DNA of 64,000 nucleotides, taken from assembly GCF_009914755.1 (NCBI RefSeq), contig NC_060929.1, one strand, 5' to 3'. Below are positions 1 to 13,130 of the stretch, one piece after another (within the stretch, counting starts at the first letter, position 1; every line of letters starts with the position of its first letter). A program made the position numbers and the translations under genes. Below the pieces are notes generated by a model. It searched no databases, had not been told where the DNA came from, and was given only the letters and a program-made list of their open reading frames with translations. The DNA comes from the human T2T-CHM13v2.0 reference genome, Homo sapiens.

Positions 1-24
1 GGGATCTGTAAGACCCACACTAAG

Positions 25-140
25 TTCAGAGATGAGAAAACAAAACAGAGTACTGGAGAAGCTGAGTGATTTATCTGAGGTCATATTGAAGTGTGTGGAA
101 GAGTCAAAGCCAGAACTGCATCTTCGAATTGCAGTTTGGT
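25..140 (-). mobile_element. MIR fragment
   Basis: cagagatgagaaaac...agtgatttatctgaggtcata resembles the reverse MIR core; boundaries approximate. Confidence 0.55.
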
Positions 141-1004
141 CCTCTTCTCAGACACTGCACAACCTCCTGGAACCACTCTGGTTGCTTAGCATCAGACACT
201 ATTACTAGTGACTGGCATTTTTCCCACATGGGGAAATTGATGCCATCACTGTGGAGAACAAACCCTCTGCCAACTTTATGAAAAACCACAAGTTCTGCAA
301 ATGTTTCTCATTCTGATTCTGAAGGTGGGGCTTGTGCAGCCAGATGGCTATGGCTCGAGAGAAGGAGATATTTTTGCAGTGAAGGAGGTAAGAGCAAATA
401 TCAACATGTTGACTTTGGGTGTAGGAGAACAGGAGAAATAGGCCATAGAACCTTATAGCTAAAAAAGATTCAAGAAAGAAAATATTTCAGATAGGTTTCT
501 GTTGTCCTCTTGAAGATTTCAGGGACTTCTTTCTCAATGTCCCTTAAAATTCTAGTCTGTGTTTTATTACCTGGAAACCTGGAGAATCGATGAGCTCATT
601 TGCCTTTCATTTAGGAGTATTAGATCCCTTTAGTTTGGTAACTTTACGTCAAAGCCTGTCACTTTTATACTTTTCCTTGGTGGAAGTGAGAGTTGCCTAG
701 GAAGTGTAGCAGAGTCAGGATTGAAACTTCTACAGATAAACTGCCTTCTCTGGAGACTGTGATGGTAACCGGGCTTTATCTTATCATATGCCTCCATGAT
801 CACCTGGTCTTGATTCATTTCAGTGTAGGCTTTGCTCCTTAAGAGTGCAGTGTGTATTAATCTCTTTCACAGCTGTGTTCTCTATTGGGATCTGGGTTAT
901 AAAATGCTAAGATATGGAAAAGGGATGCTGTAATTTGCATTTATCCAAAACAACTCATTTGAGCTTTTTTGGCACATCCTTCAGCATCATTTTTTGAGCT
1001 ATGC

Positions 1005-1240
1005 CCATTCATCTATTCACAAATGCTTATTGAGCGCATCCTTATTGCTAGGCACTAGGGATACAACTAGGAAAAGACAGATGCATGCCTACAAGGAGCT
1101 TAAAGTTCAGGGGAGAAGACAAACAAGTTGGTGGATGATTATAATCCTTTGTGATAAGCACAGTGCTCTGATAGGAGCCAGCATGTGGGCTTGAGAGCAC
1201 ACAGGGGAAGCCCACGAGAAAACTCAATAAATGGTTGTTG
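1005..1240 (-). mobile_element. L2 3' fragment
   Basis: cattcatctattcacaaatgcttattgagc...ctaggcactagggatac is the reverse of the L2 3' end. Confidence 0.7.
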
Positions 1241-1254
1241 AATGAGAGAAGAGT

Positions 1255-1420
1255 CCTCAATTGCCACTTACTTGTTGTGTGATTTTTAGCAAGTCTAGAC
1301 CTCAGTTGTCTTATCTGCAAACTGGGGATAATAATACTTTCCAGATAGCATCTCAGAGATTTTATGAGAATCAGTTGAAGCAATAAACTTAAAAGCCCTT
1401 AGGAAGCCATGATGCTATGC
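1255..1420 (+). mobile_element. MIR
   Basis: gccacttacttgttgtgtgattttt...cctcagttgtcttatctgcaaactggggataataatac matches the MIR core. Confidence 0.7.
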
Positions 1421-2149
1421 AAGGGAATTGTGAAGAGAAATAATGTGCTCTTCCTGGTGCTGTGTAGCCATGATATCTTTCTTAGAATTTGAACATTATT
1501 AAGAAGTTTGGGTAAGTTTCTGAGAGAATAGATTTCAGCTAAAGAAATGTGTCTATTGAAATCCCTGAAAGGCTTTATTTTAAATTGTCTTCTTTACAAG
1601 ACAAAAACCACATTACATAGGCCCCAGAGACAGTTGCAAAGAATCTAATTTAGTTTGCATTTGGAGTGAAGAAGATTCTGAGACTTTTATTTCTTCTTCA
1701 AAGGGCTTTTAATTATGTTTACCTCTTTAAAACCTGTTTTGACAGGCCTCTAAATTCCTAATGACTACATCCATGGTGTCACCAGATTCTCCTAGAAACA
1801 CATAAAATATCATAGTTATAAACTACCGTGACTTTTCAAATGCCTACTTTGTGCTCAGCATTAAGGAAAATATAAAAAGAAACAAGGTTATCCCTATCAT
1901 CAAGTATCTTATAGTCTGATGAAAAACCAATTACTACACATAAAATAATAGTGAATGATAACTATACAACGCATAAACTATATGTAGATTTTAAGGCTGG
2001 AAAATCTATTTGGGTTTATGGAGGCAGTGAGATTCCACTGGTACTTGAAGGATAAATAAGATTTGGAAAATTATTAATCTCTACAAGTGAGAGGAAATGA
2101 ATGAATTTTGGAAATGTAAAATGCATAGTGTCAGCTTCTGGGATAATAG

Positions 2150-2400
2150 TAATTGCTTCCATTTTTTTAAGTGCTTTGTATATGCCAGACATAGGCTAAG
2201 ATCTTTACCTGGATTACCCCCTTTAGTCCTCATAGCAGCCCTATGAAGTGGGTACTATTAACACCTCTATTTACATGTAAGAAAATTGAACTTCAGAAAA
2301 TTAAGTAATGTAACATCAGACACGTAGCTAATAAGTGGTAAAATCAGATTTCAAACCCAGATATGTCTGTGTCTAAAGTCCATGGCATTTGCCACCATAT
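2150..2400 (-). mobile_element. MIR
   Basis: ccctatgaagtgggtactatta...atttacatgtaagaaaattga...tttcaaacccag. Confidence 0.75.
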
Positions 2401-2589
2401 TATGTCACTTTCTGACTGCATCAGAATGCTTTCAAATGAGTATCTGGAATCTCCTGAGGAATCAGTCAGCAATTATGAAACCTCCCGATATCTCTTTAAA
2501 TTCGAATTGTGCTTCCTTCTTTCATTCCTTCTTCTTTCTCTTCTTCATTCCTTTCTTTCTTCATTTCAGTGTGTATTTTTTCTTTGTTT

Positions 2590-3085
2590 TTTTACTTTTT
2601 AAAATTTTGAGATAATGTAAGTCTAACAGAAGAGTTGAAAAAATAGTACAGAGTCCCTGTATTACCCTTCATCCAGCCTCTTCTTTTGTTAATATTTTGT
2701 ACAACCAGAGGACTTAGTAAAACTGAGAAGTTAAATCTCAGTATAATACATTAGCTAAAGTATACAACTTAACTTGATTTTCACAAATGTTTCCGCTAAT
2801 ATTCTCTTTCTGTTAGAAAGTCCTGTCAATTTTTCCCACATTGCATTTAATCCTCACGTCTCCTTAGTCTCTCCTCCCATCTGTGAAAGTCCCCCAGTAT
2901 TTTCTTATCTCTCAGGACCTTGACACTTCTGAAGACTATTGGTTAGTTATTTTTTCCAATGTCTTCCAATCTGGGTTTTTCTGATGTCTTCTTAAGATTA
3001 TATTGAGATTATGAATTATTGAACAAGATACCAGGGAGGCGGTTTGCTCTTCTCAGTGCTTCATACCAGGGGTACTTGATGACAA
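2590..3085 (-). mobile_element. Old L1 3' end (L1MC-like)
   Basis: ttttgagataatgtaagtctaacagaagagttgaaaaaatagtacagag resembles the reverse L1MC 3' terminus. Confidence 0.65.
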
Positions 3086-4743
3086 TGTATGGTTTTGAAA
3101 CATCCTTCAATGCTCTTAGATTGTTTAGGCTGGTGAGGAGATACAAGAAGTATATCTCTGAAGTGAGCAAGGATGGGATCGAGACACCAGGACTGAAGAG
3201 GGAGGTGGCAAGCTCTCCTCCCTGTATTATATCTTTCATGCTTGGAAGCTACTACAATGTAGAACAGGGCAGAATTCTTCTATGAAATCATGCATGGTGC
3301 TTGAGGTCCTCCTCTTAACTCTTAAACTCACTCGAAGTGTCTTGAGCTTTAGTCTGAATCTGATTTTCTGCTTCTATACCCTGGGAATAATGACACTGGA
3401 AAGAAGGGCACTACGTGAGTAAAAAACACTCCAAGTAATGCAATTCCTGACTTTACTCATGTTCTCAAAACATTTTTCAGAAGCATTGAAAAATAATGTT
3501 GAAAACACAGCTTTCATGATGGGTGAGGTTGAAAGTTTACATTGAAAGCACTCATCATGTTTGGGAATAATAAAACATTGTAGTAGAGTCACTCTTCTTC
3601 TCACAAGACCCTTTGGATTTTACATAGAATGTAGACTGGAAATTGCAATCAGATCAATTAAAGGCACAATATTTTATATTATTGCCTTAGTCACTGACTT
3701 CGATGGATATTTTAATTGTATTCAAGGAGGCAAACAAGTCTTGCATGTGAATAAATATGAAAGGATTGTAAGTATAAAGACTTTATTGCTATCACTCCCC
3801 TGTTGAATACAGTGATTTTCTGGTTACCTGATCTGAAATGAATTGTAAGTAAGCATTAGGAGAGAGCACAATGCAGTAATTCAGGGCACCATATTTTGCC
3901 TATGAAGCATAAATATTTGAACATTTGCATTATCATTTCTGAATGAGTGGATTAGTGGCTATGAAAAATTAACTCATGTTCTTTCAAGTATGATTGAAAT
4001 ATTACATTCAATCTTAACCCCCTAGGAAAAAACAACACAAATCCCTGTGTTTCATGAAATGTGAAAAGAATCTCATTTCAATATCTTGCTTCATTTAACT
4101 GGTGCCACATCTATGATACAAAATGGCAACCATGGTGTAGCTAAGAATTGAAGACTCCCGTTCTGTTCTTGAAAGGAATAGTGCACAAGTGTACCCTACT
4201 TTACTCACTTTCTCTGAAAGTTGTTTGTAAGTTGAAATTTATAAATTCAGAAGCAAAGCTGACAACTGAAAGAGGCTTAATTTTATTTTATTTTTTTTGA
4301 AGGGGAAGCTCTTTTTGCAATGTTTTGTTTTTAAGCTTATTATTTTTAAGTATGAAAAGATGTTAAAGCAAGACACATTGTTTGGATTTTTAAGTCCAAG
4401 AACTCCTTAATTATCTAGGGGCCATGTACTGACATTCTAGTGTACAGACAGAGGTCATGTTAGTCTTGTCCATAAAAAGATGTACTTCTTAGCAAGTGTC
4501 TTTTTGTAGAAAATGATAAGCATTTCACCATATGGTAATAAAATATTATTATTACTATTATTGGATAAATAACACAAACCATAGAAAATTATATACTTTT
4601 TCCCTATGTATAACACCTTTACCAAGTTCCCAACTAATATGTTATTGTTGTCACATATTTTATTCTATGTGCATTTTATATCTCACCAGACAATATAATT
4701 CATACAGTCAATACTAATTAATGTATTAATATTGGTATGTTAT

Positions 4744-5146
4744 TGTCTTAGTCCATTTTGTGTTGCTATAAAGAAATACTTAAGCCTGGGTAATTTATAC
4801 AGACAAAAAGGTGTATTTTGCTCATGATTTGGCTGGTTGGAAAGTTTATGATTGGGTATATGCATTGGATGAGGGCTTCAGGCTGCCTCTACTCATGGCT
4901 GAAGGTAAAGGAGAGCTGATGTGTGTAGAGATTGCATGGTCATAGAGGAAGCAAGGGGAGGAGGAGGCTCCAGGCTCTTTTTACAACTAGGAACAAATAG
5001 AACCAGAACTCACTTAAGCCCAAGGAGAGGCATTAATCTATTCATGAGGGATCTAACCCCATGACCTAAGACCTCCCATTGGGCCCATCTCTAATATTGG
5101 GGATCAAACGTGAGGTTTGGAAGGGATAAATATCTAAATCATAGCA
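4744..5146 (-). mobile_element. MaLR solo LTR (MSTB/MSTC-like)
   Basis: Starts tgtcttagtccattttgtgttgctataaag and ends atctaaatcatagca; imperfect 5-bp TSD gttat/attat. Confidence 0.85.
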
Positions 5147-5383
5147 ATTATTATTAACTGAAGTCCATAATGTATTCAGGTTTAGTTTTTACCTACTGAC
5201 CTTTTCCTGTTTCAAGATTCCATCTGGGATAACATATTACATTTAATATTTTATTTCCTTAGGCTCCTTTGGCTGATGTTTTCTCATAATTAGACTAGGG
5301 TTATGGGTATTTGGGAGGAAGACCATAGATGTAAAGTGTCATTTTCATCACATCATATCAAGGGTACACATTATTAATGTGAC

Positions 5384-5438
5384 TTATTACTTTTGATGTG
5401 GATCTTGATTATTACTTTTGATGTGGATCTTGATTATT
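5384..5438. repeat. Perfect 25-bp tandem duplication
   Basis: ttattacttttgatgtggatcttga twice, then ttatt. Confidence 0.9.
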
Positions 5439-5930
5439 TGATTGAGATAGTGGCTGTCATGTTTCTCCAGTATAAAGTTACTCTTTCTTTCTCTTTTTCA
5501 TACTGTACTCTTTCAGAAGAAGTCACTATGTGCAGTCCACACCTAAGGAGAGGGAAGTTGTGCTCCTCCTCAAGGGGAGAATATCAGCATAAATTATTTG
5601 GAATTCTATTATCTCTTTGTATGTGGTAAAATACTCTATGCCTGATGACCTTATTATTTGGATCCCATGTGTATTTGTTTATGTTGTGTATCTGTTCTAT
5701 CTTTTTGTTATCCTTTTTTCTTTTCTCTTCTTCTGTGTGGCTTATTTCTACTAAATCCCAGACATTTATTTGAAAAAACTTCAGAGTAAAGTGAAGTCTA
5801 AGATGATTTTCCTCCACAGAGGATTTATTTTTACTTAAAGCAGAAGACTACGGTACTAGCTACCCTGGGTTACCTTAACCCAAATTCAAAGGTCCAGATG
5901 ACTTGAAGAACTTCTGTCCCCATGAATACT

Positions 5931-6238
<308 letters not shown>

Positions 6239-6959
6239 CCCCATGAATACTTTTCTATTTATGGCATGTAACTCTTTGGGAGTATTCTAACCAAAGCATG
6301 GAGAGTTTCTAAGACTCCCCACTCTTTGGGGGATTCAGGACTGTAATTTATGTCTTTGTGTAGCTCAAGACCCTCAAAATCTCTTCTCAACATCTTGGCA
6401 ATTTATTTTGGGATTGTCATGCTTCTATAAAAAGAGATGGTTTGGTCAAATGATCTATAAGATGCTTGATTATGACATACTGAGTTATGCTAAGACATGG
6501 TTCCTGCCTACTTCTATTTTAGTTGTGATTCTAAAGGTATACATAGGAAGCATTAAGAGCAAATTTGATAACAAAGTGCTAAATTGCATTGTATAGATAA
6601 ATAGAGATAGGAAAGTCTATTTGCAGTTGGCTGTCATGCAGTAGAAAGAATAATCACAAAACAGATATATATAAAGGACAAATTGGTGAGGGTTGCTAAG
6701 TCAATTCCACAGAATTGGACTAACTGTTTTTCTTTTCATTTTTGCACTTCCATATCAGATATACTTTATGGTCAGGTCAATGTGTGATCCATTATATCTC
6801 CATATTAACAAAATAACCTCTTTAACACATTAAACCTGTGTTTTTGCTTGGGATTGGAGAGATCTCTATTTTTAGATATCTTTCCCAATGTACCTTCAAA
6901 GTAGACCCAATTCCTAGTTTCTCACTTTCCCTAGACTGATCTGCCAGGAGCCTTTTGTG

Positions 6960-7130
6960 GTCAGAATTCTAACCTTAACTTTGTATCATTTTGAGCTTCA
7001 GATTCTTAATTGGTAAAAATGAAGCCAGTAACAAATCCCCTCCTAGGATGGTTTTGAGAATCAAATGAAATGTAGTAGTGACTATGAAAGCTCCTTGAAA
7101 GCTGAAAATCATGGGTGAACTGTAACATCA
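6960..7130 (+). mobile_element. MIR
   Basis: gagcttcagattcttaattggtaaaaatga...ggatggttttgagaatcaaatgaaa. Confidence 0.55.
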
Positions 7131-7284
7131 TTAGGCATTATTTTGGCTTGTCATCAGATGTGAACCTTGGAGATTATTATAAGATTAGAAAGCTCCAGAT
7201 ATGAGAAGACAATGATCAATATTCTATTACAAGCTGATCATGACCCTCAGAAATTTAAACTGTATGTTTTGTTTATTCCATTGT

Positions 7285-8300
7285 ACATTTATTTATTTAT
7301 TTGACAAATAATTACTAAATATCTTCAATGGACCTGCTATTGTGCTGGGTGATGAGGATTAGGGAGAAAATACACACACAATCTTTGTCTTAAAGAAGCA
7401 TACAGTCTAGAAGGGAGATAAAAATTAATCAAAGAATCAAACTAATAAATGGAAAGATACAACTGTGGTAGATACTTTGAAAGAGAAGACTATTTTAATA
7501 TAAGAGTGTATAATGAGGGAATAGAGGGTTTAACCTCATCAGAGAAGTCAAGGAAAACATCCGCAAGGAAGTTATGGTTGCGGTGCGACTTTAAGTATAG
7601 GAGTTAACAAGACACATGGAGGAAATAAGAGTATTCCAGGCAAAAGGACTAAAATCTGCAAAAGTCTTGAGGGAGGAAGAAGAATGACATGTCTGAAGAA
7701 CTCAAAAGGGTCCAGAATGGGAGGAAAGCAGAGGACAAAGAGGAAGTGGGGCTGATGTGGTTTGGATCTGTGTCCCCATCCAAATCTCATGTTCAACTGT
7801 AATCCCCAATCTTGGAGGTCAGGTCTGGTGGGAGGTGATTGGATCATGGAGGCTGTTTCTCATGGTTTAACATCATCCCCCTTGGAGCGGTTGTTGCAAT
7901 AGTGAGTTCTCATGACATCTGGTTGTTTAAAAGTGTGTAGTACTTCCCCCTCCTCTCTCTTCATCCTGCTTTGGCCACGTGAAGTGCTGGCTCCCCCTTC
8001 ACCTTCTGCCATGACTGTAAATTCCCTGAGGCCTCCCCAGAAGCAAATGCTGCCATGCTTCCTATGAAGCCTGCAGAACCATGGGCCAATTAAACCTTTT
8101 TTCTTTATAAATTACCCAGTCTCAGCTATCTCTTTATAGCAATGTAAGAATGGACTAACATGGGGACACAAGATGGCATTGAGATTCAGACACTACAGGG
8201 CTTTTTGGGCTATGGTAAGAATTGTGGTCTTTATCCTAAGGACAGTCAGTGAGCACTCTTGAGGTGTACAGGGCAATGATGTTATGAGTAAGGATGCTGC
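7285..8300 (-). mobile_element. L2, split by an MST LTR
   Basis: tttatttgacaaataattactaa...gtattccaggcaaaaggac; resumes after 8162 with ggctatggtaagaattgtggtctttatcctaag. Confidence 0.7.
7753..8162 (+). mobile_element. MaLR solo LTR (MSTA/MSTB)
   Basis: tgatgtggtttggatctgtgtcccc...aattaaaccttttttctttataaattacccagtctcag...ggactaacatg; imperfect TSD ggggc/gggac. Confidence 0.9.
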
Positions 8301-8848
8301 ATCACAGAGATCAGCTGATGTTTGGGCAGAGAGTTGGTCTTCATCAAGCTTCATATTAGTCAGCTGAGTCTCCACTTTTCTATCATTATGTTTATAGGGA
8401 AGAGTAATTTAATGTGAACTCTTCAATCCAGAGTGGGGCTTGTAAGTTTTTGTTTGGGAGTGCATTATCAAAAAAGCACTGAATATAATTCCAGGTAACA
8501 TTAAAAAATTATCAGGCTATGTCCATTTGCTCAATAAATGGTGGCTATTTTGCAGAAGCCATTAGGATACAAATAAGGGAAATCTGGCTTTGAGTTACAT
8601 CTGATAAACATTTATTTAGGGGACAAAATATTGGGAATATCCAAACAATAGAATATCTTGTTTCATTCTGTTTAAAATCTAATAGAATAAAATAATTAAT
8701 ATAGAACTTTTATGGCATGTAATTTTTAAATTAAAGTTTTAAATACTTGTTGTGTGTTAACTTAGGAGAAACTGGATATAGGGTATTGTGTACCCTATCT
8801 CCATATCACCTCAAGTAAAACACAACAAATCACCAAATGATAATTTAA

Positions 8849-8899
8849 CATTGACAAGGTACCATCATTGACAAGGTGCCAACATTGACAAGGTACCAT
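8849..8899. repeat. 17-bp unit, three tandem copies
   Basis: cattgacaaggtaccat / cattgacaaggtgccaa / cattgacaaggtaccat. Confidence 0.9.
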
Positions 8900-9064
8900 A
8901 ATCATTAAAATCAAGCCTTTATTGATCTCCTTCTCCTCCTCCTCCTTCTTCTTCATCATTGTCATCGTCCTTGTCATCATCGTCTCCCCTTTTCAGGCCC
9001 TCTGATTTCTGTGTCATTCCTCCAACTCCCACATCATGTTCTTTCTTGCCTCCTCTAGCCATGG

Positions 9065-9270
9065 AGAAGATGTATCAGGGAGAGCATGAACTTTGGAGTC
9101 AGTTATACATTGGTTTGGCTCTCAGCAACACCTGTCAACAGTGTGATCTTGAGCAAATCATTTAGCCTTTTGCAGTTCATGTTCCTTTTACTGTAAATTC
9201 AAGATAATGGCATTTCTCAGGGGTATTGTGAGAATTAACTTAGTTTATTAGGTAAAGCACTTATTCTAGT
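9065..9270 (+). mobile_element. MIR
   Basis: agagcatgaactttggagtcag...gtgtgatcttgagcaaatcatttagcc. Confidence 0.75.
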
Positions 9271-9273
9271 TTC

Positions 9274-9822
9274 TGTGGGATTATGTTTTTCAATGATGGT
9301 GGTTGCAATAGCTCCCATCCCATACACTCTTTTACATGACCAGCTACCCTAATATTCAAAGATAGGGATTATTTCTTCTCTGTGACTTGTGACTGCTTTG
9401 ACCACAGAGTATGATGGAAATGATGACTATGACTTCCAAGACTGGGTAATGAAAGACATTGAAGCTTCTGCTTTGTTTACTGAAACACTTCCTCTGGGGG
9501 CCCTGAGCTGTCATGTAAGAAATCTGATCACCCTGAGGCAACTCAGGCACACAGAGAGACTACTGGGAGGCTCTGTCAACAGCTTCTGTTGAGATCCCAG
9601 CCACCAGCCTGCATTAGCTGCCAGTTGTGTGAGGGGAGAGACCTATAGATGATTTTAGTTCCCAGCAATCAAGTCTTTCCAGCTGTGGCTCCAAACATGG
9701 GAGCACAGATAAACTATTCCCACTGTGCTGTCTGAATTTCTGGCCCATAAAATCTGTGAATATGATAAAATAGTTGTTTGAAGCTGGTTGTGGGGTAGGT
9801 AAGTGTTGGTAGCAACTGGAAC
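9274..9822 (+). mobile_element. MaLR LTR (MLT1G/H-like)
   Basis: tg...ctcccatcccatacactct...gactgctttgaccacagagtatgatggaa...gtagcaactggaaca. Confidence 0.7.
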
Positions 9823-10183
9823 AGTTTTCAATAAATTATAGTAATTAATACCATGATCATGATTATTATTATTACCTACTTTACAGGGTAATTTTTATGT
9901 AATACATTACCAGAAAAGTAAACCAACCAATACTGCTGATTATGAACACACTTAAAGCCTAGAAGATGTTGTAGACTATTTCTTAATTTTCCCTCTAAGT
10001 CATTGTTTTCAATGGGTGTCCAACGGTGTCTTCTCTCTCAGGACTTCCTCCTACTTCTCTAATTTTCCCACCATCTTGTCTGTCCACTGTTCTTCCCTGC
10101 AAGCAACACCTGATGAGCAGGTCCTGGGCTATTTTCCATGCTCAGTGACTCTGACGTTAGGAGGAGGCATGTGATTTCAGATT

Positions 10184-11075
10184 CTTCATTTATGTCATAA
10201 ATATTTATTGAGCTTCTTTTATGTAGCACTGGGAATGTGGCAATGACTGAGACAGATAACCTTGCCCTTATGGAGCTTTCTTTCCATTTTGGGGAATTAA
10301 ACAATGTGTCAGATAAATAATCAAAATATACAGTACGGGAGAAGGAAGTAAGCCCCTTGGAGGCAGAGACTTGAGAAAGGGAGAGTAGGGGGCAGTAGTG
10401 CCATTTAAGAGAGAGTTACAAGGATGATGTCATTGAGAAGAGGCAATTTCAGTAAAATCTTGAAAGAGGCAAAGAAAGAAAGCTTTATGGATATCTGGAG
10501 AATGTGTTTAGTGCAGAAGAACCAGGAAAATCAAAGATCTGAGCTGGCTCATGGGCATGAGTGTTCAAGGAACACCAAGAAGGCCGGTGTGGATGAAACA
10601 AACTGGCAGGAACTGTGGACAGTGAAGCAAGTGAACTAAATACTGTCCAGTCTCGTAGGACATTGTGAGGAATTTGATTTTGTCTCTAAGATGGGAGAAC
10701 AATAGAAGATTTGGACAAGAAAGAATATTATCTGACTTTCATTTTAACAGGCTCCCTCTGGCTGCTCTTTTGAAAATAGACTGTCGAGAGATGTGGTTGG
10801 GAACAGGGAGACCCATTAGGAGGCCATTCCAACCATTTAGGCAGGGAATGAGTACTACTTGAAGCCATGATAATAGGAATGAAGAAGGTGAGAAACAGCC
10901 TCTGGCTTTGCTGATGAATTGGATGTGTCACGGATGACATTGTGGTTTTTGTTCTGAAAACTAGAAGCCTATCATGACTATTTCTGAAAGAGGGAAGGCT
11001 GTGGGGGCAGTAGGGTTGGAGAGAAATCTTAGTTTGGGACATGTTGAGTTTGACATGCCTATTCGTTTCCACCAT
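10184..11075 (-). mobile_element. L2
   Basis: ttcattt...aaatatttattgagc through agtttgggacatgttgagtttgacatgcct. Confidence 0.8.
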
Positions 11076-11184
11076 GGAAGAATCTTTCAAAGGTAAATAT
11101 TTCCTGCTTCTCTTAAAATAAAAACTCAAGGTGCTAATATAACAAAGACTCTGCCTCTTTACTTGGTCTCAGCAAAGATCCTGA

Positions 11185-11722
11185 TCTTGGAAATCAGATC
11201 GAGTCACTCTCTCCATAAAGCTATCCAATGGCTTCCCTCTTCATTTAGAATAAAATACAAATTCTTTACTACATATCCCAGGACCCTTCCTATATGTATT
11301 ACTTGTCCAGCCTACCTTGCAACACCCTCGTCTTCATTTCTCATGCTACTTCTATAAGGACCTTATTTCTGTTTCTTGAACATGCTAAGATCATTTGGTC
11401 TTAGGGACTTGCAGTTCGTGTTCTCCGTTTCTGTAATATTCTTATACTCTTCCCATTTTTTTTCTGCGTCAGAGGCTCCTTGTGATTATTCAGATTGCAG
11501 CTCATGTGTTCACTCCTTAGAATGCTCTTTTGTAATCATTATAATTATCTCCATATTACTTCTCATCCTCTGAAATGATTCATTTATTTATTTATACATT
11601 CATTGATTGTCTCCTTCCCCTCCCCTCTCCCACAAAGTATCTTATCTGACTTGTTTGCCACTGTTTACCTAATACAGTGTCTGATACATCTTAAGCATTC
11701 AGTAACTATTTATTTAATAAGT
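11185..11722 (+). mobile_element. L2 3' region
   Basis: ccaatggcttccctcttcatttagaataaaatacaaa...acagtgtctgatacatcttaagcattcagtaa. Confidence 0.75.
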
Positions 11723-11914
11723 TAACGGGGGTAGGAAGGAAAGGAGTTGGTGGAGAGAAAGCCTATTCTCTGTTATAATAAAATCTTTAAAAATTTAATA
11801 CTGTCTTTATGTTGGCTACAATTTTGCCTCCGTTGCTTAATTAATGCATTTTATGTTGTAGAACTTACAAATTGCAAAGTATTTCATGTGGGTTTTTGTA
11901 TTAACAATACAAGA

Positions 11915-12070
11915 TCAATAGGTCAGGCTATCCGTATTTTATATATGAAAATGAGGCTTACTAGAACCAGATAACTTTCTCAAGGTTACTCTGCATTTAA
12001 ATGACAGAGCCTGACTTTGAACCTATGTCTCATGACTTTGAGTCTGATGTTCTTTCCAAATAACATGCTA
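11915..12070 (-). mobile_element. MIR
   Basis: attttatatatgaaaatgaggctt...gacagagcctgactttgaacctatgtct. Confidence 0.7.
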
Positions 12071-12824
12071 GGTCTCTATGATATCACAGGCACTGATACT
12101 GTCAGAAGGAGCAGCATTTAACTAAATGGGTCAGATAAAATTAGAAATGGTCTCAAATTTTGCTGACTCAAGTCTTTGCCCACTTTTAGAGCCAAATCAG
12201 ATTTATTAATATCTTCTGACTGGTATATTTAAATAACTTTCTTTAATTTACATACATATTTCTCAGACTCCGGCTGCTGGCAGTGTAACAGGAAACATGC
12301 TTCTTTTCACATTTTTACCAAATTTTAGAAACTCTGGGGGCTTTATCATATCTGAGAAGCCTGAACTAATGGTTGGTTCTAATATGTTCCACAAACCACA
12401 GCACTTTCTACAGTACTCATTGCAACGTGAGGAATTGTGAGCCATTTCCACCTTGGGTTATTTCCAGCAGAGCTGCACAGAAGGGGACCCACCACACTCT
12501 AGCTCTTTCTGCAATCATCTGCTGCTGTGTTAACCTAACCATGGTCCAAAATAATGCACACTTTAACAGAAGTGGTGCTTGGAGGTGAGTATGGGGAGGG
12601 AAGTGGGGTCCTCCCAGAGTATCTGTAGCCCAGAAATCACAAAATTGACATTTTACATTGGAATTCTTTGTTTTACTTGCTACACTTCCAGAAACGTTTT
12701 TCTCAGAACTGTGGGGGATACAGAAATGCAGAATCTAGCCTTTGTTCCGAGAAGTATACAGTTTAGTAGGCAATTTACATTTGCTCTCAAATAACTATAG
12801 TGCAAATTAGGATTTAGAATAGAT

Positions 12825-13130
12825 GCAGCCTAGAGTGTATGGTTAAAGGCTTACTTTTTAGAGTCAGACATACTTGGGTCCAAATTGTGACTCTACCACT
12901 TATTAGTCAGAGTTTTTTGGATAAGATATTTAACCTTGCTAAGCCTTTGTTTCATTTCATAACATTGGGCTAACAATATCTATATGTCATCTATATGTGT
13001 CATTTCATAACATGGGGCTAACAATATCTATATGTATTATTATGCATAATTGCATTCATGATATATTTATGTAAGTGGATTAACACAGTTTTTAGCATAT
13101 GGTAATTGAAAAATAAATGCCAACTTTTAC
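12825..13130 (+). mobile_element. MIR with internal 35-bp duplication
   Basis: tggttaaaggcttactttttagagtcagacatacttgggtcc; near-identical copies at 12953-12987 and 13001-13035. Confidence 0.75.

Larger units (their letters stand above)
4555..5640 (-). mobile_element. Old L1 3' region (L1MC-like), split by an MST LTR
   Basis: ttagactagggttatgggtatttgggaggaagaccatagatgtaaagtgtcattttcatcacatcatatcaaggg resembles the L1MC 3' UTR; the sequence resumes after 5146. Confidence 0.65.

Noticed and set aside
1486-1511. 26-nt exon-like segment (tctttcttag ... TGG|gtaagt)
   Set aside because: Short pyrimidine tract, frame-shifting length and no supporting context
8849-8899. CRISPR-like or bacterial -35 (TTGACA) reading of the 17-mers
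   Set aside because: No spacers, no cas genes, and the DNA is human
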